Origin: Candidatus Rifleibacteriota bacterium
GTDB taxonomy: Bacteria > Muiribacteriota > Ozemobacteria > Ozemobacterales > Ozemobacteraceae
Direction of reading: 5' to 3'
Assembly (NCBI GenBank): GCA_015233565.1
Contig: JADFXM010000003.1
Coordinates: 155,063-219,062 of the forward strand
Length of the DNA: 64,000 nt
Positions within the stretch are counted from its first letter, which is position 1. Each line of letters starts with the position of its first letter. The translations under genes were made by a program, and so were the position numbers. Shown here in pieces: positions 43,087 to 52,946 of this stretch. The notes beneath the pieces were generated by a model, which was not told the origin of the DNA, ran no database searches, and saw nothing but the letters and a program-made list of their open reading frames with translations.

Positions 43087-45057
43087 TCAGGAAGACCCAT
43101 TCCCTGCTTCATTTGAGAAGTTTGCTAGTTCTTCACTTAGGATTTCCCATTTTTCAAGTGCGGCATTGAGCTCATCTTTTAGTGTTGCATGGTTTTGAGA
43201 GTATTCCGCAATTTTTTCTCTGGAAATTTCGGGGCCGGTGTTGGAAAGTAGCTTCTCAATTTCCTTCTGCTGCTGCTCAAGCATTGCGATTCGGCTTTCC
43301 ACATCGCTGATTTCTCGCTCAATTTTTTGGGCTCTATTATTGTCTTTTCGCCGATTTTTCCATTGTTCACGTTTTGCGTCTTCACTTGTTGAGGATTCAG
43401 ATAAGTTTTCTGAAGAACCTGTCTCTTCCGGTGAACGATGCTCTTTGGCCCATAAATATTCGCTATAATTCCCATCGTAGTATTCAGCTTGTCCGTTGGA
43501 TAAAGCAATTATCCTGGTTGCAAGCGCATCCACAAAAAATCTGTCATGCGAGACGTAAACAATTGTTCCTGGAAATTCACTTAAAGCTTCTAAAAGAGCT
43601 TCTCTGCTATTTATGTCAAGATGATTTGTGGGTTCATCAAGTAAAAGGAGGTTTGCAGGGCGCAAGAGCATTCTGGCCAGACCTAGGCGGCTTTTTTCAC
43701 CGCCCGATAAAACTCGGACAGGCTTTTCAACAGCATCTCCCGAAAAAAGGAAGATTCCGAGAAGTTTTCGTAATTGGGGAACCATTTCGAATGGAGCTTC
43801 TCTAGCCAGCCTTTGATATACAGTTTCTTCGTTCTCATAACTTATTTCTTCATCCTGGGCGAAATAGGCGAATGAAACTCTATATCCGATGGCGGTTTCA
43901 CCCTGAAATTGACGGTCTTGCTCTGCAAGAATTCTCATTAACGTTGATTTACCTGTTCCATTCTCACCCACAATGGCTAGGCGATCGCCTTTGTATACGC
44001 TAAATTGAATTTCTTTAAGAACGTGGTTTGATCCGTAACTTTTATTAAGTTTTTTCGCTTCCAGGACAGTTTGCCCACTCTCGGGGCAGGGAGGAAACCT
44101 AAAATCCAGACTCCGCTGCTCAAATGGCCTATCAACTGTTTTTATTTTATCAAGGGTTTTAATTCGACTCTGGACCTGTGAAGCTTTGGTGGCTTTATAT
44201 CGAAATCTTTCTATGAATTTTTCTATTCTGGCAATCTCTTTACTCTGGCGTTTTTGTGCGGCCTCAGCTTCCTCGCTCCAAGCCTTTCTGGCTTCAAGGA
44301 AATCTTCGTAATTTCCTCGATAGACACGGGCTCCCTCAGGCATGAGTGCCACGACTGAAGTTGCCAGGTTGTCCAGGAAATAGCGATCATGTGACACCAT
44401 AAGTATTCCGCCGGGATAAGACTCCAGATAATCTTCCAGAAACCTTATTGAAGCAATGTCCAGATAGTTTGTTGGCTCATCCAGCAACAGATAATCTGGT
44501 TCGCTCAAAAGCAATCTGGCAAAGTAGCCACGCATTTGCCATCCACCTGAAAATGTTGAAAGGGGATCATTAAACCGGGATTCGGGGAATCCAAGGCCTT
44601 TCAGCACTCGAACTGTTTTTGCCTGCCAGGTATATCCACCCTTTCTTTCAAATTCGTTTATCAATCTGTCATGAGTTTCCTGTAATTGTGCTGTTATATT
44701 ACCTTCAGCAAACCCTTTCTCAATCGTTGTGATTTTTTTCTGGATTTCTTGTAGCGGGGAAAAAGCTTCCGAAGCTAAGTCCCAGATTCCGGTTTCTTTA
44801 TTAACCTCGGTTAGTGTAACTTCATTGGCGAAAAAAATTTCTTGTGGCATATACCCAATTTTGGCTTCTCTGGGATAAACAACGCTTCCCTCATCTGGGT
44901 GTTCTTTTCCAAGGATAATACGCATCATAGTAGTTTTCCCCGAGCCATTGGGGCCTACGAGTGCAATTTTTTCTCCCGGATTTAAAGCAAAATTTACTTT
45001 GGAAAAAAGTGTCCGAATACTAAAACTTTTCTTAAGTTCTCTTATCTGCAATGACAT
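43087..45057 (-). CDS. ABC-F family ATPase (two ABC domains, C-terminal coiled coil; translation-factor type)
   Basis: Two Walker A motifs (GPNGSGKTT, GENGTGKST), two signature motifs (FSGGWQMR, LSGGEKSR), no TM domains, and a K/E-rich C-terminal tail. Confidence 0.9.
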   Translation of the reverse strand: MSLQIRELKKSFSIRTLFSKVNFALNPGEKIALVGPNGSGKTTMMRIILGKEHPDEGSVVYPREAKIGYMPQEIFFANEVTLTEVNKETGIWDLASEAFSPLQEIQKKITTIEKGFAEGNITAQLQETHDRLINEFERKGGYTWQAKTVRVLKGLGFPESRFNDPLSTFSGGWQMRGYFARLLLSEPDYLLLDEPTNYLDIASIRFLEDYLESYPGGILMVSHDRYFLDNLATSVVALMPEGARVYRGNYEDFLEARKAWSEEAEAAQKRQSKEIARIEKFIERFRYKATKASQVQSRIKTLDKIKTVDRPFEQRSLDFRFPPCPESGQTVLEAKKLNKSYGSNHVLKEIQFSVYKGDRLAIVGENGTGKSTLMRILAEQDRQFQGETAIGYRVSFAYFAQDEEISYENEETVYQRLAREAPFEMVPQLRKLLGIFLFSGDAVEKPVRVLSGGEKSRLGLARMLLRPANLLLLDEPTNHLDINSREALLEALSEFPGTIVYVSHDRFFVDALATRIIALSNGQAEYYDGNYSEYLWAKEHRSPEETGSSENLSESSTSEDAKREQWKNRRKDNNRAQKIEREISDVESRIAMLEQQQKEIEKLLSNTGPEISREKIAEYSQNHATLKDELNAALEKWEILSEELANFSNEAGNGSS

Positions 45058-45165
45058 TCGGTTATCTTAGAAAGAACCCGGTTCATTGTCAAGTTTTGTC
45101 GATTGTAATTTCATCTTTGAAATGGTATTTATTTTAGCTCTCCTAAAAAGGAGCAACACGAGAAA

Positions 45166-46539
45166 ATGCAAAGTTTGATACCTGAAAACCACTGGAAATA
45201 TATTTTTTTTGCCTTTGCAATTAATATTTTTTTGAGGGGAATCCTCTTTTTTGCAGTTTTTCCTGAGGATCATGTTCTTCGATTGGATGACCAAGGGGAA
45301 TACCTTTCCCTTGCTGAAGCAATTGAAAAAACTGGTTTTGATGAGAATTTCAAAGTTGGAAGAACCCCGACCTATCCTTTGTTTTTATACATTTGCTCCC
45401 ATATTTCAAAGAGTCTTTTCTTTCCGATAATTGTCCAACATGGCATTGGATTAGGTGCCATTTTTTTTGTTTATTTATCGGGATTCTTGTTTTCCGAAAA
45501 AATTGCCTTGTTTTCGTTATTCCTGGGAGCTCTGAATTTCAATTTTATTGTACTAAGTAATTATTTATTGTCTGATTCTCTATATTATCCAATGTTTTGC
45601 GTCCTTTATTTTTTTATCTTACGATTTTATTTGCTGGGTTCGACTGTCACAAATTCGGTTGCATTGGGTGTAGTTCTTGGGTTTTCCATTTTAATCCGTC
45701 CTGTCTCAATGTACATGCCGTTTTTTATTATCCCCTTTATTATTTGGACCAATAGGAAAATGTTTCGAAAGGGAATTATACATTCGTTAATATTCCTTTT
45801 TTCTGTTTCCATAATTCTTTGTCCATGGTTTTATAGAAACTATAAGGTATATCATGCTTTCGGATTGACTAACTTCGGCTATTATCAATTGATGACCGGG
45901 ATTATTCCGGGAGTGATGATGGGTGTACAAAATATTTCTTTCCGTGAGGCCCAGGAAAAAGCATGGGCAGGATGGGAAAAAGAGAAAACCAAGATTCCTA
46001 TGGAAATCCAAAAAAATCCTTTTGAAATAGATAGCATCGGGAAGGAATATGCTCTTAAGACTCTTTGGAGTTACCCTATTACCAATCTACTTTTTGCTTG
46101 GGGTTGGGGAGCTGCAAGAAATTTATTTTCTCCTGAAATTATTGAAATATCGCACCTGACAAATTGGGAATGGTCTCGGTTCGCTGATACTAAAGGATCA
46201 AACTACCTTGAAAAATCGTGGAATTTTATTTTTTCCAATAAAAACAGTTGGTATTCAGCACTGTTTTGCTTCGGGTGCTTTGTAGTCATCCTTCTGCGAA
46301 TTGTTCAAACAATTGGAGCTACTGTTTGGATGAAGCAGGATCCTGTAATGGTAATATTTTTGTTAGTAAATATTGTGTATTTCCTTCTTTTAATGGGACC
46401 TTATGGAAGTCCAAAATATCGACTTCCTTTTGAACCAATATTAATCATTTTTGGCGCATTTGGCATTCAAAAATTATTTTTGAAAGATTACAAGGCTAGC
46501 GAAAATAATGAAAAATTTTTAAGTGGCTCTAGGAGTTAA
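45166..46539 (+). CDS. GT-C fold membrane glycosyltransferase (ArnT/PMT, GT39/GT83-like)
   Basis: About 11 TM segments. The first loop DDQGEYLSLAEAIEKTGF resembles the D-E/D-x-x-Y-x-x-x-A motif of ArnT/PMT-type enzymes. Confidence 0.5.
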   Translation: MQSLIPENHWKYIFFAFAINIFLRGILFFAVFPEDHVLRLDDQGEYLSLAEAIEKTGFDENFKVGRTPTYPLFLYICSHISKSLFFPIIVQHGIGLGAIFFVYLSGFLFSEKIALFSLFLGALNFNFIVLSNYLLSDSLYYPMFCVLYFFILRFYLLGSTVTNSVALGVVLGFSILIRPVSMYMPFFIIPFIIWTNRKMFRKGIIHSLIFLFSVSIILCPWFYRNYKVYHAFGLTNFGYYQLMTGIIPGVMMGVQNISFREAQEKAWAGWEKEKTKIPMEIQKNPFEIDSIGKEYALKTLWSYPITNLLFAWGWGAARNLFSPEIIEISHLTNWEWSRFADTKGSNYLEKSWNFIFSNKNSWYSALFCFGCFVVILLRIVQTIGATVWMKQDPVMVIFLLVNIVYFLLLMGPYGSPKYRLPFEPILIIFGAFGIQKLFLKDYKASENNEKFLSGSRS

Positions 46540-46563
46540 TTTTTTCATTTTGGGAGTAACGAA

Positions 46564-47961
46564 GTGAAATTTGTTTTTATTAATCCTTCCAGAAATTTTT
46601 TCAAGAAAAATGTTTGGAAATTGATTAATTCGGTTACTCCACCCATTGGAATTGCTATTCTTGCAGCAGTTTTGGAAAGAGCCGGAATTGAATCAGACCT
46701 TATCGACGCTGTCGCGTTAAATCTAAATGAAGACCAGATTTTGGATAAAATCGATCCTCAAGCTGACTATGTGGGTATTTCGGCCACTACTCCTGAAATT
46801 GATGTTGTGCTAAACCTTGCCGGGAATATTGCAAAACGATTTCCCCAAATCCAGATTATTTTGGGAGGTGTCCATCCGACAATTTTCCAGGAGTCCCTAG
46901 TTGAAGGACGGTTCTGTGATTTGGTGATCAGGGGAGAGGGCGAAACACCCATTCTTGAGTTGGCGAAAAAAAAGCCAATTGAAACCATTTGCAACCTAAC
47001 TTGGCGCTCGTCTGATGGTAAAGTTATTGTCAATCCTATGAGTGAAACTTTTATCGACTTGGACACCCTTCCTGTGCCTGCATACCACAAACTTCCAATG
47101 GAAAAATACCATTCCGCTCTTGGTGCTGCTAAATATCAGCCTTCTATCGGAATGATTACTTCACGCGGATGTCCCGGAGCTTGTACATTTTGTTTTTCAG
47201 GAATGTTTGGTCGGAAAATTCGGTTTCTTTCTTTCCCAAAAATTCTTGAACAGATTGATTTATTACAAACTTCTTATGGAATCAGAGAAATCTCTTTTTA
47301 TGATGACACATTTACAGCCGACCGAAAACGAGTACAGGATCTCTGCGAAGGTTTAATTCAGAGGAAGAAAAAGTTAAGCTGGTCTTGTTTTGCCCGAGTT
47401 GACACGGTTAATAAGGATTTGTTGATGGTCATGAAGCATGCAGGATGTCATCAAATCATGTATGGGTTTGAATCAGCAGATGAAACGGTTTTAAAAACTA
47501 TCAATAAAAGAATTGCCCTGAGACAAGTTAAAGAAGTTGTTAACTGGACAGAAGATGCGGGGATAGATATTCGCGGCGCTTTTATGTTTGGCAATCCTGG
47601 AGAGACAGAAGGGCATTTGAAGAAAACTATCGAATATGCTATTAGCCTGGGAATTCAATATGCAATATTTAACATTACCACTCCTTTTCCGGGAACCTCC
47701 TTATTCAATTGGGCTGAAGAGAATAATTTACTAAGGCATACTGATTGGCAATCATATGATCTTTCTCATGCTATTCTAAGTATTCCTGGATTACCTTATC
47801 AAACCATTGAATCGTATTATCAAAAAGCCTTCAGTAGTTTTTATTTTCGACCTCGCTATTTGCTTGAAAGGCTTTTTGCCAAGCATACGAAATTTGAAAC
47901 TAAATCTTATTTTAAAGCCTTTTCAGGATTGCTCCTACAAATGATTTCTGCAAGGTATTAA
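46564..47961 (+). CDS. B12-binding-domain radical SAM enzyme
   Basis: N-terminal B12-like domain (FINPS...PPIGIAILAAVL...IILGGVHPT) and SRGCPGACTFC (CxxxCxxC). GTG start with a GGGAG Shine-Dalgarno. Confidence 0.8.
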   Translation: MKFVFINPSRNFFKKNVWKLINSVTPPIGIAILAAVLERAGIESDLIDAVALNLNEDQILDKIDPQADYVGISATTPEIDVVLNLAGNIAKRFPQIQIILGGVHPTIFQESLVEGRFCDLVIRGEGETPILELAKKKPIETICNLTWRSSDGKVIVNPMSETFIDLDTLPVPAYHKLPMEKYHSALGAAKYQPSIGMITSRGCPGACTFCFSGMFGRKIRFLSFPKILEQIDLLQTSYGIREISFYDDTFTADRKRVQDLCEGLIQRKKKLSWSCFARVDTVNKDLLMVMKHAGCHQIMYGFESADETVLKTINKRIALRQVKEVVNWTEDAGIDIRGAFMFGNPGETEGHLKKTIEYAISLGIQYAIFNITTPFPGTSLFNWAEENNLLRHTDWQSYDLSHAILSIPGLPYQTIESYYQKAFSSFYFRPRYLLERLFAKHTKFETKSYFKAFSGLLLQMISARY

Positions 47962-48016
47962 TTCACCCCTGTTCCAAATTGTTGCATTAGAAAAAGTGAA
48001 ATGTTAAGATAAAAAC

Positions 48017-48502
48017 ATGAAGAACACAAAAAAGACCAGTGCCAGGCAGGAAATTCAGGTTGTGGGATTTTACATCGGAACTGATGAATATGCCCTTGGA
48101 ATTTCCGACGTTCGCGAAATTGTTGCTATGACTGATATCAGAAAAGTTCCCAAGGCACCTAAATTTGTCGAGGGAGTAATAAACCTTCGCGGCAAAATAG
48201 TTCCTATCCTTGATCTTCGTAAACGGTTCGATATTACGCCTGCAGCCGAAATGTCCCAGGCGAAAATTTTGATAATTGAGTTCCATTCCAATCTTTTAGG
48301 AATGATTGTTGATAATGTTTCAGAGGTTTTTAAATTGTCTTCCGACCAACTGGAAAGGACTCCCCCTATCCTGGGAAGTGCTATCGATTCCCAATATATC
48401 TGGGGTGTCGGAAAAGTTGAAAACCGCTTGGTTATACTTTTGGATACCGAAAAGCTTCTTTCTTTCGAAGAAAAAAATCAACTAGCGAGTATGCGCCCGT
48501 GA
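48017..48502 (+). CDS. cheW: CheW-like chemotaxis coupling protein
   Basis: VVGFYIGTDEYALGISDVREIV...VPKAPKFVEGVINLRGKIVPILDLRKRF is the canonical CheW-domain pattern. Confidence 0.85.
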   Translation: MKNTKKTSARQEIQVVGFYIGTDEYALGISDVREIVAMTDIRKVPKAPKFVEGVINLRGKIVPILDLRKRFDITPAAEMSQAKILIIEFHSNLLGMIVDNVSEVFKLSSDQLERTPPILGSAIDSQYIWGVGKVENRLVILLDTEKLLSFEEKNQLASMRP

Positions 48503-49230
48503 CAGCTCCCAACCCAGTTCCCACCCCAGCTCCAAAACTGGCTCCCAAACCTACTTCTAAACCTGCTGTGAAAACAGCTTCCAAAACTTCTGTTTTTTCA
48601 AAGGGATGTGGTTGCTTTTTCGGAGTTTTAATTTCCCCGATATTAATTGCTCTGATTCTGTCAGGTATTTTTTTCCTATTTATGCCCGATTGGATTCAAA
48701 TTTCTCAGCGTCCACCCAATCAAAAATTTCAAATTTTACCCCCAAGTAACTCAGACAAATTAAGCCTTGAGGAAAAATTATCCGTAGCGTTTCCTTCTGA
48801 CGCATCTTTTTCCGAAACCTTAACACTCTCTTATGGCGAACTCAACGGCCTCCTCGGATCACTGAAATCTGATCCTTGTAGAGGTTTGATAATTGATAAA
48901 ATGGCTTTTTTCTATGAGGAGGGCAAAGTCTTCTTCTTTGCAAATGCCTCAGGTTTTTTTCAACCCCAATTATATATCCTCCTGGAGCTCGTGAACTCGA
49001 CGACTAGTTTGTCTTATCCGCCAAAGTTAGTTTCAGGAAAATTGAACAGTCTTAGCATTTCTGAGGGCTGGCGGCTTTCAGCCCTCCAGAAATACTATCT
49101 TGACCAAGTTGCAACTATGACTGAATCAGCTTTCGCTGCCAAACCCTTTTTCCCAAAAGAAATTGAATTTGCCTCAAGTGGAGTCAAAATCAAACTTTCT
49201 TCAAAAATTAAATCCGGAGGAAAGAAATGA
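48499..49230 (+). CDS. Membrane protein, Pro/Lys-rich N-terminus + one TM + extracytoplasmic domain; unknown function
   Basis: The GTG start overlaps the cheW stop (GTGA). Low-complexity PNPVPTPAPKLAPKPTSKPAVK is followed by the TM segment FFGVLISPILIALILSGIFFLF. Confidence 0.5.
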   Translation: MTAPNPVPTPAPKLAPKPTSKPAVKTASKTSVFSKGCGCFFGVLISPILIALILSGIFFLFMPDWIQISQRPPNQKFQILPPSNSDKLSLEEKLSVAFPSDASFSETLTLSYGELNGLLGSLKSDPCRGLIIDKMAFFYEEGKVFFFANASGFFQPQLYILLELVNSTTSLSYPPKLVSGKLNSLSISEGWRLSALQKYYLDQVATMTESAFAAKPFFPKEIEFASSGVKIKLSSKIKSGGKK

Positions 49231-50237
49231 AGGAAAATGAAATTCCCCAAAACCTTCTGACCAAGTTGAAAACTGAAAAAATTTCTCCGGAAAGAATTCT
49301 GTTTCTTTGTCAATCTGACACTGTAAAGGGTGGGGGAACCGGTGAGTCCTGGCTTTTGGGTTTGCCAAACAGAATCGTAATGTATTCCAGTCCTCCATTT
49401 GGTGATATTGAACAGGTTTTTGATGCTCCCAAAGAAAAAATTGCTCAGATTATCGCCTCTCGAACTTTTTTAAGAAACTTGGTTTTGAAATTTTTTACAT
49501 CGACCGGAGAAGAAGTTCTGACTTTTGAGGTTTCTTCGCTATTTGAACAAAATTGGGAAGCTTATAAAAATTATTTGAAGGAATTGTTCCCAGGTAAAAT
49601 GGATGAATCTGAAGAGCTTTCCACACTTGAAACATCCCTCAATTTTACTGTTCCTCCACCAATGTCTGTTGATACAAGATTGGATACGGCAGATACTTTG
49701 AGCATTGGGTCAAAATTAATCTCCGCTGACCTTCAACAGCATCCCTTGCCTTCTAATCCCAATCCTGAAGATTCAGTTAAGAATGTAGATTTTTCCCAGG
49801 ATATGCTGAATATGCAATCAAGCGTTCAGAATTTTCAGATGCCTGACATTTCTTCCTCGGTAAACCAGAATGTTACAGAATCTACCCCTGAAACTGTAAA
49901 AACTTTTGAGAAAAATGATTCCCGGTCTTCAAAACAGTTGCCAAAACCAAAAAATAAACCAGCAGTCCCGGCAGTTCAAACTAAAAAACCCGCAAAACTT
50001 TCTGAAATAAAATGCCAGAAATGTGGATCGCAAAATTCTGTCGATTATGATTATTGCTTGAATTGTGGGGAACAACTCCGAAAAGAGAACGAAAAATATA
50101 GCCGCGCTAAACGCACAGCTTTTGGGTCATCAGCAACTTCTGCAACTAACCCAGAGGATGTTAGCGGATGTATTACTGGAATTTTTAAGTTCGCATTTTG
50201 GATAATGGTTGCATATGCTATTTTGAAGGCACTTTAG
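49227..50237 (+). CDS. Unknown protein: N-terminal PH/GRAM-like region, disordered linker, zinc-ribbon (CxxC...CxxC), C-terminal TM anchor
   Basis: ATGA overlap with the upstream gene. Zinc ribbon CQKCGSQNSVDYDYCLNCG and the C-terminal TM segment ITGIFKFAFWIMVAYAIL. Confidence 0.5.
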   Translation: MKENEIPQNLLTKLKTEKISPERILFLCQSDTVKGGGTGESWLLGLPNRIVMYSSPPFGDIEQVFDAPKEKIAQIIASRTFLRNLVLKFFTSTGEEVLTFEVSSLFEQNWEAYKNYLKELFPGKMDESEELSTLETSLNFTVPPPMSVDTRLDTADTLSIGSKLISADLQQHPLPSNPNPEDSVKNVDFSQDMLNMQSSVQNFQMPDISSSVNQNVTESTPETVKTFEKNDSRSSKQLPKPKNKPAVPAVQTKKPAKLSEIKCQKCGSQNSVDYDYCLNCGEQLRKENEKYSRAKRTAFGSSATSATNPEDVSGCITGIFKFAFWIMVAYAILKAL

Positions 50238-50258
50238 GCTTTTCAAATCCCAAATTTC

Positions 50259-51293
50259 TCAAAAGTATTCCAATTCTTCCTCCCCTTCCATTTTTAGGAA
50301 TGAGGGGAGATGATTTTTCATTTTTTCAACCATTTCCGAAAGATTGAAATCTGACCATTCCTGCGGACCAATAACAAATTCAAAGTCATTTCCCAAAAGA
50401 GTTACCAGGAATGGTGAAGGGAAATTCGGTCTTCTGGGGATTTCAACTACAATTCTTTTTTCTTTAACACTTATTATTCGGCCTGTTTCACCTGAGACTC
50501 TGATGACGGGGCGTGCTTTGGTAAAAATTCCATCTCGCCATCCCACATCTGAAGTTATGAGGAATCCCTTTTCTGTTTCAGAAAGTGGGTAACCCCATAA
50601 CTTAATGCTTAGGGTCGAGGTCAATGGTGGATTACTAGGAATGAGTCCTAGGATTGAATCACTTATTATTTTGATTTGTTTGAATCTGACTGGAATAGGG
50701 CCGTTTCCAGCCCCTAGTATCATCATTGACCTGGTTTCGGGAAGATGTTTCGAGACCGCACGACTCAACTGATCACACTGAATGCGAGTTGAAAATGGTT
50801 CATCCAGGAATACCCCGATTACTTCAAGCATTGGTAGAGTTCGAATTTTTTCAATCAAAGGAAGAAAGCCACTTGGACCTGAATCAAGGGAAAGATTTCC
50901 ACCTCGGATTCGTAGCAAAACCTTCTGAGGGCGCCTCATTGCTTGTGCTTCGTTTGAGGCAAGGATTCCTTCCCCGATGTGCCCGATGCAGGGAATCAAT
51001 CCTAGACGGATGGTTTCGCGCAAGATTCCACTGTCAAAAGGGGGTGCAAGAAAACCCGAAAACTTTGATAAACGCTCATTCCAGGTTGGGAAATTCGAAC
51101 TTGCAAGATAGCCAACTATTCCACGCCTGACAAATTCACTGGAAAACTTGGGTGCAATTGCACCTAGAATGGGAGATCTAAGGTCGATCAGTGAATCTGT
51201 GGAATCTAACTTATCCAGATTCGCCAAAAGCGCCGGCCCGTCAAGTACTATTACGCCGGGGGAATCCCAAGGTGGATGAATTGAATCTTCCAT
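50259..51293 (-). CDS. Alanine-racemase-fold-like protein (degenerate; no recognisable PLP-lysine motif)
   Basis: The C-terminal half (SDVGWRDGIF...VIRVSGETGRIISV...VVEI...LVTLLG) parallels the Alr pattern IGYADG..R...V.I.G....VG.I.MD...V. The N-terminal region lacks the (V/A)KANAYGHG motif. The alignment was done by eye only. Confidence 0.3.
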   Translation of the reverse strand: MEDSIHPPWDSPGVIVLDGPALLANLDKLDSTDSLIDLRSPILGAIAPKFSSEFVRRGIVGYLASSNFPTWNERLSKFSGFLAPPFDSGILRETIRLGLIPCIGHIGEGILASNEAQAMRRPQKVLLRIRGGNLSLDSGPSGFLPLIEKIRTLPMLEVIGVFLDEPFSTRIQCDQLSRAVSKHLPETRSMMILGAGNGPIPVRFKQIKIISDSILGLIPSNPPLTSTLSIKLWGYPLSETEKGFLITSDVGWRDGIFTKARPVIRVSGETGRIISVKEKRIVVEIPRRPNFPSPFLVTLLGNDFEFVIGPQEWSDFNLSEMVEKMKNHLPSFLKMEGEEELEYF

Positions 51294-51295
51294 TT

Positions 51296-52570
51296 TTAGG
51301 TGGCCGGAAATTTCTGGGAAAATTCCGAATCCCTGACATCTGTTCCGGTTATTTTTGCTCCTTGTTCACACACTGCTTGATAAACTAGTTCCCCAATTTC
51401 ATCCTCGGTTTTTCCGGATTTTTGAAGGCCTGAAACATCAATTGGCTCTCCAAAGCGAAGTTTCAATGTAACCGGACGGGGAAAAATCGCTCCAGTTGGC
51501 ATCAGTAGATGTGAATTGGCAATAAACGCCGGAACAATTGGAACCGCGTGCTTGGTTGCAAGCTTAAGTGCTCCCGGTTTAAATGATCTAACCTTGCCCT
51601 CAGGGTTTCTTGTCCCTTCCGGAAACAAGGCCAAGGGCTGTCCTTCTTTTAAAAGTTTGAAAACCATCTTGATAGTGGTTGGTTCCGGTTTTTCCCGGTC
51701 AATTGGAAAAGAAAAACATTTCCTCAAAAACCATCCCGCAAAAGGATTTTCAAAAGCTTCCTTTTTTACCATTATGTGAATCGGCCTGCCAATTGCTGTT
51801 CCGATCAGAAAACCATCAATCATGCTGGCGTGATTTGCTACTACAACCATTGCACCATTCTGTGGGACTTTTTCCAATCCTTCAAAAGTTAGTCTATTGT
51901 ACAAACCCAGCGAGATTTTCAAAATCACTTTCACAATTCTTACAAAGAAATAGGAGGGTAGGGTTTTTGAGATTTCACCTTTATTTCCGCCAGATTTTCC
52001 AAATACCCATTTGAAAAATTTAATTAGTAAAAAAAGGAGAATGAGGCCTGAAAGTAATGGAATAATTATGGACAAAAAAGTTCCCAAAACTGCTATTATT
52101 TCTTCCATCAAACTTAAAGCGGGGTTCATAACTCCTCCGGTTGCTGCTGTAGAAGTGGCTCTTAATGCTGCTTTCCCGCCATGTACAGTTAACCCGGTTC
52201 CTCCTCCGATAATAATTGCCAGGATGAAGTAGATCCAGGCATGTTCACCGGATTGAGGAATTATTGAGTAGGTTAATAATGAAGAGATAAAAAATTTAAT
52301 CGGAGCGTGAATTAAATCAAGTAAGTGGTCTATATAGGGCACTTTATCCCCGATGAACTCAACAACCACGGCGACTCCCAGTGCAATCAGGACGGGATCT
52401 CGAGTTAATATTTCCAGGGAAAGTAGATATTTGAAAGGAATTAGCCAGTTAGGTCCAAATTTTAATGCCAATCCAAGGAGAAAGGGTGGAAGAAAAGCTC
52501 TGAATCCTGTACATGCCGACAAAGAAATGCCTGTTAATACCGCGAGAGAAAAAGTCCAATATTCATTCAT
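51296..52570 (-). CDS. Fusion: N-terminal DUF4126-like membrane domain + C-terminal lysophospholipid acyltransferase (PlsC/AGPAT family)
   Basis: The N-terminal ~190 aa contain TGFRAFLPPFLLGL and GDKVPYIDHLLD (DUF4126-like). The C-terminal domain has VVVANHASMIDG (HxxxxD) and LFPEGTRN, which are acyltransferase motifs I and III. Confidence 0.7.
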   Translation of the reverse strand: MNEYWTFSLAVLTGISLSACTGFRAFLPPFLLGLALKFGPNWLIPFKYLLSLEILTRDPVLIALGVAVVVEFIGDKVPYIDHLLDLIHAPIKFFISSLLTYSIIPQSGEHAWIYFILAIIIGGGTGLTVHGGKAALRATSTAATGGVMNPALSLMEEIIAVLGTFLSIIIPLLSGLILLFLLIKFFKWVFGKSGGNKGEISKTLPSYFFVRIVKVILKISLGLYNRLTFEGLEKVPQNGAMVVVANHASMIDGFLIGTAIGRPIHIMVKKEAFENPFAGWFLRKCFSFPIDREKPEPTTIKMVFKLLKEGQPLALFPEGTRNPEGKVRSFKPGALKLATKHAVPIVPAFIANSHLLMPTGAIFPRPVTLKLRFGEPIDVSGLQKSGKTEDEIGELVYQAVCEQGAKITGTDVRDSEFSQKFPAT

Positions 52571-52946
52571 TTTTAAAACCCTTATCCTAAATAAAATATT
52601 TCACTTGCAAGATTCAAATCATTTCATTTGGAAACCAAAATTCTACAATATTTTTGCCGAAGTGTCGAATTGAAGTTGCCATTTAAAGTGAAAATAGTTT
52701 AAATTGTTTACGAGTATTTAAAAATATTCGTCGTAGCAAAATTACTGAAAAAACAATTTGGTAAACCAGTAGTGCTCATAAATTAAGTTTAAGTGAGTTC
52801 CTGGTGAGGGAAGGAATTAGCTTACTTGGAACCCAGAGCTGGATAGAATTATCCCTCAAACTGTTACAGGATCGAAAATGGTTTTGTGGTTTCTGAATTT
52901 TTCAGTTGTAATCTTGAGGAGTAACGTTGTGAAAAAGAGTGAAAAA

